A DNA stretch of 32,000 bases from Okeania sp. (GTDB taxonomy: Bacteria; Cyanobacteriota; Cyanobacteriia; Cyanobacteriales; Microcoleaceae). A program made the position numbers and the translations under genes. Of this stretch, positions 25,880 to 32,000 are shown one piece after another. The stretch's first letter is position 1. Each line of letters begins with the position of its first letter. Where the stretch lies: contig NZ_JAYKGW010000039.1 of NCBI RefSeq assembly GCF_035285525.1, forward strand, positions 30,001 through 62,000, in the 5' to 3' direction. The notes beneath the pieces were generated by a model. It had not been told where the DNA came from. It was given only the letters and a program-made list of their open reading frames with translations, and ran no database searches.

Positions 25880-26485
25880 TTAATTGTCTTTAGTCATCCA
25901 CACAATATCGCCCAAAATTCGATCTACTGGTGGCAATAAATAAACATTAAGGTCTATAGTTAAAACTGATTCAACTAACTGCATAAACTGCCATTGAATC
26001 CCATTACTTACACTACCATAAATTGTAGAAATAGGATAATTTTGTATTTCATTAAATCGTTGAGCAGCAATCATTTCTGCCATACATTTACCAGTTCCTG
26101 TTTTGATATCGGTTTTCTTTGCTTCTACCACCACAACTGCTGGCGCTTCAATCTCTAAAACTTGTGTTGAGCGAGTTAGCAAAAAATCACATTTCCCATT
26201 TAAACCTACTCACTTATCAACATTAAATTTTTCTCCAGAAAATAAACTAATTTTACGGTCTAAAAGTCGTCTTACTTCCAAAAGCAATGGGTAAATAATA
26301 CCTTCCGAACGAGCTTTTTCACTGCCAGATGTAGCAACAATAGGTAAGCTTTCTTGAAGATAACCAGAGAGAATAGGAGAAGGAGCGATCGCTTCAGTTT
26401 CTGGCAAAAAGCGATTGCCTTCTACTACTGTTATATTAAAAGCTGTTTTAACGCTGTTAATGGTGTTGAACTGACTGTAAGACAT
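25880..26485 (-). pseudogene. PD-(D/E)XK nuclease-like protein (cyanobacterial family) interrupted by an in-frame TGA
   Basis: ORFs 26210-26551 and 25880-26182 share one frame. The minus strand reads ...GEKFNVDK-TGA-VGLNGKCDFLLTRSTQVLEIEAPAVVVVEAKKTD, with the stop at 26210-26212. CDFLL ... VVEAKK fits a D...ExK nuclease core. The likely true start is MSYSQFNT at 26485. Confidence 0.65.
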
Positions 26486-26647
26486 AGAATAATTTCCAGA
26501 TAACTGACTTATAGTAAGGCGTCTAGATTTATGAGGGTGGGTAAATTTCATAAATTAAGACCTCTCTCCCTTCCCTGTTCCCCCCTTTCAAAGGGGGGTT
26601 AGGGGGGATAAAAATTCAGGTTTTTTACCCACAAAATTCATTTAATT

Positions 26648-27067
26648 TTACACTGAATTATTGAACTGTTGAATCAACAAATCAGGAGTCATAATTTGGG
26701 GATTAACAACTGGAAAATTCTGAGTATTTCTAGTAACAATAACATCTAATTGATTAATCAAAGCGGTACTGTATTTAATAGCATCTTCAAAATTGGGAAA
26801 ATTTGTATTTAGAGCCAAATCTATTACCACATCATTAACTGTTGCCATTTGGCAAAATGTGCCGATTCGTCTGAAAAAATCAACAGTTAAATTTCGTCCT
26901 TTTTCTTTGCTAATAATATCATAAAGTTCGCTAACACTTGAAGCCGAAATATAGCCTTCAATTTGTTTTTGGTAAACAAATGATATAACTTGAATACTTT
27001 CCAAATAAAATGGCTGTCGCTCTAGGGCAACATCTAGAATTATATTGGTGTCTATAAGAATTTTCAC
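26648..27067 (-). CDS. vapC: PIN-domain (VapC-type) toxin
   Basis: GTG start. KILIDTNIILD (first acidic residue), SVSELYDI, NFEDAIKY and DVIVTRNTQNF fit the PIN acidic-residue pattern. Confidence 0.8.
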   Translation of the reverse strand: MKILIDTNIILDVALERQPFYLESIQVISFVYQKQIEGYISASSVSELYDIISKEKGRNLTVDFFRRIGTFCQMATVNDVVIDLALNTNFPNFEDAIKYSTALINQLDVIVTRNTQNFPVVNPQIMTPDLLIQQFNNSV

Positions 27068-27240
27068 AAGTTATTTTTCTCCTTTAAATATTCCCTTTTG
27101 GGTTGGTCAATGTCAAAATTTTCAGGAGCAGCTTGAGTTAATTATAACCATTATTTTAAAATAGGAATGTTACATTCAACTTTTCTTTTAGTTTTGGTTC
27201 TTGGTGGAGCAGTTCATAATTTTAAATCTAATGATATCAT
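27064..27240 (-). pseudogene. Decayed antitoxin remnant upstream of the PIN gene
   Basis: Only the last 23 codons are open (LTQAAPENFDIDQPKREYLKEKNNL). Their TGA overlaps the PIN GTG (GTGA), as in intact TA operons. Further upstream the same frame contains TAA (27142-27144), TAA (27151-27153) and TGA (27214-27216). Confidence 0.35.
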
Positions 27241-27396
27241 ACACTATTATTCAGAACTAAAACCATAGGAACCCTGGGAACCCAGAAACCCGGTTTCTAC
27301 AAGAAATTCGGTTTCTTTGTGGGTTTCTTTGCGTAAATTCTATTATTGTTATAATGAGAAAAAATTCCTAAAAATATATCTCTAAATGAGGTGATT

Positions 27397-27957
27397 ATGT
27401 CTGTAGAATTAGAACGGCGACAATTTACTGTCAAAGAATATCATACAATGGCTGAATCAGGTATTCTCACAGAAAATGACAGAGTAGAATTAATATCAGG
27501 AGAAATTGTTAAAATGTCACCTATTGGTTTGCGTCATGCTGCTTGTGTTAATCGCATTACAAAATTATTTTTTCGACATTTTCTTGAGAGGGCAATTATT
27601 CACGTTCAAAATCCAATACGGTTAAATAATCAGAATGAATTACAACCAGATTTATCTTTATTACAAGAGCGTGATGATTTTTATGAAGGTAAATATCCCC
27701 AACCAGAGGATGTATTCTTATTAATAGAAGTGGCAGATTCATCTATTAAGTATGACCGAGAAACTAAGATGCCTTTGTATGCTAAAAATGGAATTTCTGA
27801 GGTGTGGTTGATAGATATTAATCAACAATTAGTAGAGGTTTATCGACAACCTCAAGGGAATAGTTATCAGAATGTGCAGCAGTTTTTTCAGGGGGATATT
27901 TTAACTATTGAAGCTTTTAATGATATTAATTTAGCTGTTGATAAAATTTTAGGATAA
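27397..27957 (+). CDS. Uma2 family endonuclease, tandem copy 1
   Basis: MSVELERRQFTVKEYHTMAESGILTENDRVELISGEIVKMSPIG ... QPDLSLL ... LLIEVADSSIKYDRETKMPLYAKNGISEVWLIDI fits the Uma2 pattern. I prefer ATG 27397 over the track's GTG 27391. Confidence 0.85.
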   Translation: MSVELERRQFTVKEYHTMAESGILTENDRVELISGEIVKMSPIGLRHAACVNRITKLFFRHFLERAIIHVQNPIRLNNQNELQPDLSLLQERDDFYEGKYPQPEDVFLLIEVADSSIKYDRETKMPLYAKNGISEVWLIDINQQLVEVYRQPQGNSYQNVQQFFQGDILTIEAFNDINLAVDKILG

Positions 27958-28010
27958 GTAACTCCTTCAAATTCATTAAAATATATTTCTAAATATTGTA
28001 AGAGGTAATT

Positions 28011-28571
28011 ATGTCTGTAGAATTAGAACGGCGACAATTTACTGTCAAAGAATATCATCAAATGGCTGAATCAGGTATTCTCACAGAAAATGACAGAGTA
28101 GAATTAATAGCAGGAGAAATTATTAAAGTGGCACCTATTGGTATTCCTCATGCTGGTTTTGTTAGGCGTTTAAATATGATTTTTAACAATCTATTGCGCG
28201 GGAAAGTAATAGTTGATATTCAGAACCCAATCAACTTAAATGATGATAGTGAACCTGAACCAGATTTAGCTTTGTTACAATGGCGTGATGATTGTTATGT
28301 TGGAACACTTCCAGAACCAGAAGATATATTGTTATTAATAGAAGTGGCAGATTCATCTATTAAGTATGACCGAGAAACTAAGATACCTTTGTATGCTAAA
28401 AATGGAATTTCTGAGGTGTGGTTGATAGATATTAATCAACAATTAGTGGAGGTTTATCGACAACCTCAAGGGAATAGTTATCAGAATGTGCAACAGTTTT
28501 TTCGGGGGGATATTTTAACAATTGAAGCTTTTAATGATATTAATTTAGCTGTTGATAAAATTTTAGGATAA
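28011..28571 (+). CDS. Uma2 family endonuclease, tandem copy 2
   Basis: Same architecture as copy 1. The 5' ~100 nt and 3' ~250 nt are nearly identical to copy 1, and the centre is divergent. Confidence 0.85.
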   Translation: MSVELERRQFTVKEYHQMAESGILTENDRVELIAGEIIKVAPIGIPHAGFVRRLNMIFNNLLRGKVIVDIQNPINLNDDSEPEPDLALLQWRDDCYVGTLPEPEDILLLIEVADSSIKYDRETKIPLYAKNGISEVWLIDINQQLVEVYRQPQGNSYQNVQQFFRGDILTIEAFNDINLAVDKILG

Positions 28572-28644
28572 GTAACTTTTTAAATCCGTGTATCCGTGGC
28601 AAAATCTTTGTCTAGCTTGCTTGTCGAGCAAATTTTAGGATTAG

Positions 28645-28962
28645 TCTAGTAGGTTGGGTTAAGCGACAGCGAACCCAACACAAATTCCCTTTTTAAGATT
28701 CTAAAATATAATGCAAATTGACAATTTTCAAGTTATAATATTTTCGAGAATACCCGTATAGTTTGACAAAATGTAATCCTTGAGGTTTTTTTATGAATAT
28801 TAGTCTAGTAGGTTGGGTTAAGCGACAGCGAACCCAACACAAATTCCCTTTTTAAGATTCTAAAATATAATGCAAATTGACAATTTTCAAGTTATAATAT
28901 TTTCGAGAATATCCGTATAGTTTGACAAAATGTAATTCTTGAGGTTTTTTTATGAATATTAG
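28645..28962 (+). repeat. 159-bp tandem duplication x2 covering the parD promoter/leader and the first 11 nt of parD
   Basis: TCTAGTAGGTTGGGTTAAGCG occurs at 28645 and 28804. ATGAATATTAG occurs at 28793 and 28952. The two copies differ at only 2 positions. Each contains a GTTGGGTT/AACCCAAC hairpin and a TATAAT box (28734 and 28893). Confidence 0.9.
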
Positions 28963-29203
28963 ACTTACTCCCGCACAGGAAAAGTTTATTGAAGTACAGG
29001 TTAATAGTGGAAAATTTGCCACCTTTGAAGAGGCAATTGATAAAGCTTTGAAATTGTTAGAATATCAACAATGGCTCGAAGAAACACGAGAAAAGATTGA
29101 TGCTGGTGTGGCAGAATTGGATAGAGGAGAAGGATTAGATGGTGAAGTGGTAATCATGGATATTTTGAATAGATTTAAAGCAGCGCGTGAGGAGAAAGAA
29201 TGA
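28952..29203 (+). CDS. parD: ParD-family antitoxin (ribbon-helix-helix)
   Basis: MNIRLTPAQEKFIEVQVNSGKFATFEEAIDKALKLLE ... IDAGVAELDRGEGLDG fits the ParD pattern. The stop overlaps the next ATG (ATGA at 29200-29203). Confidence 0.8.
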   Translation: MNIRLTPAQEKFIEVQVNSGKFATFEEAIDKALKLLEYQQWLEETREKIDAGVAELDRGEGLDGEVVIMDILNRFKAAREEKE

Positions 29204-29503
29204 ATCGTTATATTATTTCTAGACTAGCAAGTAGCGACTTAAATGCTATTGCTGATTATTTTTTAGAAAGAAATTTAGATGCTGGAGAAAGACTGTTTCA
29301 AGAGTTTAATCAAACATGTCAAAAATTAACTATGTTTCCTAATATGGGAAAGAGTTATGCTCATTTAAAACCAGGGTTAAGAGGTTTACCATTTAGATGG
29401 ATATATTATTTTTTATCGAGTTGTTAACGATCAAGTAGAAATTGTCCGAGTGGTTAGTGGTCGTCAAAATTTAGAGGTTTTATTTTTTTATGAAGGTAAT
29501 TAG
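29200..29503 (+). pseudogene. parE: ParE/RelE-family toxin inactivated by a +1 frameshift
   Basis: Frame 1 reads MNRYIISRLASSDLNAIADYFLERNLDAGERLFQEFNQTCQKLTMFPNMGKSYAHLKPGLRGLPF and then runs into a stop at 29425-29427. The conserved ParE C-terminus DGYIIFYRVVNDQVEIVRVVSGRQNLE continues in the next frame from 29396 to the TAG at 29501-29503. Confidence 0.75.
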
Positions 29504-29541
29504 TTACAAAAGATGATAATTGATAATTAAGTCAATGTTTA

Positions 29542-29660
29542 GTAGGGTGTGTTTTATGCTAAGAGCGGACATGAAACGCTGCGCGACATGAAAAGCGCAG
29601 CGTAACGCGCCGTCTCTTCTAAGATATTTCGGTGCGTTACATTTCATTAACCCACCCTAC
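29542..29660. repeat. 119-bp GC-rich MITE-like element bounded by GTAGGGTG / CACCCTAC
   Basis: The termini lie at 29542-29549 and 29653-29660. There is a perfect internal 9-bp stem, ACGCTGCGC (29576-29584) / GCGCAGCGT (29595-29603). The 3' part, GCGTTACATTTCATTAACCCACCCTAC, recurs at about 25418-25447. Confidence 0.7.
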
Positions 29661-29810
29661 AGGACTAGATGTTGACGAGTGTTAATTTATCATCTGCCTC
29701 CTAATTTTGTTCGCTTACTGCGTCAATAAGGGGAATTTTTCTGGATAATTATCCCCTGTCGCCTGTTGCCAAACTCTCCTAAGCTTATTTTTGTCTGAAA
29801 CTTTCAGTAT

Positions 29811-30176
29811 TCACCCTAAAGCAACTAAAAGTTCTCTCAACCAGTCTCGATCATGTTCAAGGTTAATTACTAAAGCCTGAATATAAATTTTCATAGCTTC
29901 ATTCCAATTTGCTTGTGCTTCCAAGATACTACCCAATTCACTTAGTATTATTGGTCCTTGAACCCAATCTTCTGCTGCAATAAAGCCATCAAAGGCTTTT
30001 TGGTAATAGGCGATCGCTTTAGTAAACTGTTGTTGCTCCTTTGCTACCATACCTAGATGGCTATAAGAAATAGCCACACTCCAAAAATCTTTGGCATTTT
30101 CACGGATATGCAAAGCTTTTTGGAAATAGGCGATCGCCTTGGTAAACTCTCGTTGCTCCTTTGCTACTACACCCAA
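29811..30176 (-). pseudogene. 5'-truncated tetratricopeptide-repeat protein fragment
   Basis: Repeated TPR units are present (VAKEQREFTKAIAYFQKAL / VAKEQQQFTKAIAYYQKAF). The ORF opens mid-repeat at a TTG, with an in-frame TAG a few codons upstream. The nearest upstream ATG is in a different frame. Confidence 0.5.
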
Positions 30177-30356
30177 GTTGAATAGTGTCCTCTACATGGT
30201 TGATGACTAATCTATTTTTGGCCATATTTTTTTAGCGATCGTTTTTTGCATGAGGGCGGGTTTGTTTCATTTTAGTTCGAGTATTGAATTTTTGGCTACA
30301 AACCCGTCCTATTGGAGTGTTTTATTTGAAACAGTGTATTAGGGAGTAAGGTTGTT

Positions 30357-30464
30357 GTTGGGTTTCGTTCCTCAACCCAACCTACATTTACTGGAGGCTT
30401 TCATTTAAAATAGTCTATTCGGGATAAAGATTATTGTTGGGTTTCGTTCCTCAACCCAACCTAC
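30357..30464. repeat. Two copies (period 79) of the hairpin repeat GTTGGGTTTCGTTCCTCAACCCAACCTAC
   Basis: Exact 29-mers at 30357-30385 and 30436-30464. A third copy lies at 11560-11588. Confidence 0.85.
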
Positions 30465-30480
30465 GTTTATTGCTCCTGCG

Positions 30481-30540
30481 AAGAGAGGGGAGAAAAACTC
30501 CCCCTTCCCTTGCAGGGAAGGGGGTTGGGGGGTTAGGTTT
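30481..30540. repeat. Partial copy of the 8647-8739 compound palindrome
   Basis: CCCCCTTCCCTTGCAGGGAAGGGGGTTGGGGGGTTAGGT is shared with 8696-8735. Confidence 0.7.
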
Positions 30541-30637
30541 TCGCGCCTCATATTTTCAAGCTTGAGACACCAGTAGGTTAGAGACGTTGTATCGAACGTC
30601 CCTAAATAGTTATCATTTTTTGATTAACAACTCCTAG

Positions 30638-30669
30638 CTGATAACTGATAACTGATAACTGATAACTGA
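30638..30669. repeat. STRR heptamer array CTGATAA x4.5 abutting the rlmN stop codon
   Basis: CTGATAACTGATAACTGATAACTGATAACTGA ends at 30669, and the rlmN stop is at 30670-30672. A degenerate TTATCAG/TTATAAG array also abuts the rlmN start (31688-31760). Confidence 0.9.
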
Positions 30670-31686
30670 CTAAGCTCGCGACGCTCGCAACTGTCCACAA
30701 GCTGCATCAGCTTCTAAACCACGAGAATAACGAACGCTAACAGCAATATGTTGGTCTTCGAGAGCATTAACAAAAGATTTTATCTGTTCCTGAGTAGGTC
30801 GTTGATAATCAACTTCACTAATCGGATTATAGGGTATTAAATTCACATGACACTGAAACCCCCGCAGATTTTTGGCTAATTCTCTAGCATGATCTGGTAG
30901 ATCGTTAAAACCTGCTAACAAAATATATTCAAAACTAATTCTCCGTTTTGTTACCTTGACATATTCACGACATTCTGCTACCAAATCACTTAAAGGATAA
31001 GACTTAGCACTAGGAATCAGATGTTCGCGCAATCTTTGATTGGAAGCGTGGAGACTAACAGCAAGAGTTACTTGCAATTTCTGTTCTGCTAATTGTCGGA
31101 TGCGATCGCGAATCCCTACAGTTGAGATAGTTATTAAACGTTGTCCAATACCCACATCTTGATTTAGAGACTTAACTGCAGCTAACACATTTTTAGTATT
31201 TAGCAGAGGTTCCCCCATTCCCATAAACACAATATGACTAACCCGACGTTGAAAATCTTCTTGCACCGTCAACACCTGATCGATAATTTCCCGTGCTTCC
31301 AGGTTGCGGATAAAACCACCCTTACCAGTAGCGCAAAAATCACAATTCATTGGGCAACCAACCTGAGAGGAAACACAAACAGTTAACCGTTTATAACTAG
31401 GGATACCCACAGTTTCAATAATGTTACCATCTGAAAGTTGGAGTAAATATTTAACAGTCTCGTCTGGAGCAACAGAGCGATGATTTATGACGGACCGTCC
31501 AATCGGAAAATCACCAATTTCTTGACGCCATTGTTTAGAAAATACAGTAATATCTCCCAGAGATTTAGCTCCTTTTTGATAAATCCATTGATGTAATTGT
31601 TTACCTCGATAAGCAGGTTGTCCTTGCTGTTGTACCCAGTCTGTTAACTCAGTTAAGGATAAACCGAGGAGAGGAGTTTGAGTCAT
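30670..31686 (-). CDS. rlmN: 23S rRNA/tRNA (adenine-C2)-methyltransferase, radical SAM
   Basis: [22 protein letters not shown] (CxxxCxxC radical-SAM cluster), [10 protein letters not shown], and the C-terminal DAACGQL are RlmN hallmarks. Confidence 0.9.
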   Translation of the reverse strand: MTQTPLLGLSLTELTDWVQQQGQPAYRGKQLHQWIYQKGAKSLGDITVFSKQWRQEIGDFPIGRSVINHRSVAPDETVKYLLQLSDGNIIETVGIPSYKRLTVCVSSQVGCPMNCDFCATGKGGFIRNLEAREIIDQVLTVQEDFQRRVSHIVFMGMGEPLLNTKNVLAAVKSLNQDVGIGQRLITISTVGIRDRIRQLAEQKLQVTLAVSLHASNQRLREHLIPSAKSYPLSDLVAECREYVKVTKRRISFEYILLAGFNDLPDHARELAKNLRGFQCHVNLIPYNPISEVDYQRPTQEQIKSFVNALEDQHIAVSVRYSRGLEADAACGQLRASRA

Positions 31687-31904
31687 TTCAGTTATAAGTT
31701 ATAAGTTATCAATTATCAGTACCTCATAGCTGTTGCCAGAGGCTTAAAATTCAGTTATCAGTTATTAGTACCTTAAATAAGTTAGTCTGTAATTGTAGCA
31801 TAGGTTTCCAGCTTGTTATATTAAATCCGGTAGTATCGGTATAAAAAAAAGCGTAGAAACCGGGTTTATCTAAAATATGGGTTGTCAGATTTGAGCGTAG
31901 AGTT

Positions 31905-31975
31905 TTGGTCTATAAATCTCTTAGCGCTTAGGTTTGGAGACCAAACCCCTACAGTTTTCTCACCAATGATTTCTT
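31905..31975 (-). repeat. GTAGGGGTTTGG-family element, reverse orientation
   Basis: GGTTTGGAGACCAAACCCCTACAGTTTTCTCACCAATGATT is the reverse complement of the AATCATTGGTGAGAAAACTGTAGGGGTTTGGTCTCCAAACC consensus. Confidence 0.7.
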
Positions 31976-32000
31976 ATTGGTCAGGACTTACGCAAAGGTG

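Noticed and set aside
25459-26294. Track ORFs 25459-25653 and 26103-26294 (plus strand).
   Set aside because: They are antisense to the 139-aa gene and to the PD-(D/E)XK-like gene. They show no motifs and no start context.
28706-28739. Canonical sigma-70 promoter TTGACA ... TATAAT in the parD repeat unit.
   Set aside because: TTGACA and TATAAT are only 10 nt apart. With 17-nt spacing the -35 would be ATGCAA (3/6 match). Only the -10 box can be supported.
1-32000. Search for tRNA/rRNA genes, transposases, integrases, reverse transcriptases (retron, DGR, group II intron) and phage structural genes.
   Set aside because: I found no T-loop-type GGTTCGAATCC-like motif in a cloverleaf context and no rRNA-like segment. 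No ORF has DDE, tyrosine- or serine-recombinase or RT motifs. The repeat families appear non-autonomous.

Overview
This is a low-GC chromosomal segment that looks like a filamentous Nostocales-type cyanobacterium. The lineage call rests on three things seen in the sequence. I count about 21 copies of the HIP1 octamer GCGATCGC in 32 kb. Heptamer (STRR-type) arrays (CTGATAA, CAGCTAT, GGGAATA/TACTCCC, AATTAAT) sit at most gene boundaries. At least eight families of short palindromic dispersed repeats fill nearly every intergenic region.

Core genes:
- coaD
- a DivIVA-like protein
- DUF58
- ftrC
- DUF309
- DUF3747
- a Tat-signal aldo/keto reductase
- PBP4/dacB
- a glycerate-3-kinase-like P-loop kinase
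- ycf20-like
- an ArnT/PMT-type glycosyltransferase
- rlmN
- a partial DUF2157 membrane gene at the left edge, missing from the ORF track

Conflict-type genes are interleaved with these:
1. A RecQ-like helicase fused to a ComF-type PRTase, followed by an unusually long DprA/SLOG protein (3184-7342). It resembles PsyrTA/RqlHI.
2. A single-gene HTH-TIR-AAA_35 (STAND-like) protein (11946-13829), embedded in dense repeats. I rank this the best candidate for an undescribed system.
3. A 5-kb cluster of nucleases and toxins (25.4-30.2 kb):
   - a PD-(D/E)XK-like gene with an in-frame TGA, plus a small membrane protein
   - a PIN toxin whose antitoxin has decayed
   - two tandem mosaic Uma2 endonuclease paralogs
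   - a ParD/ParE pair with a frameshifted toxin and a tandemly duplicated promoter
   - a truncated TPR gene

There are several other gene remnants, and several tandem duplications fall on promoters or leaders. I could not support any rRNA, tRNA, CRISPR array, transposase, integrase or phage structural gene. All domain calls come from motif recognition by eye and need HMM confirmation.
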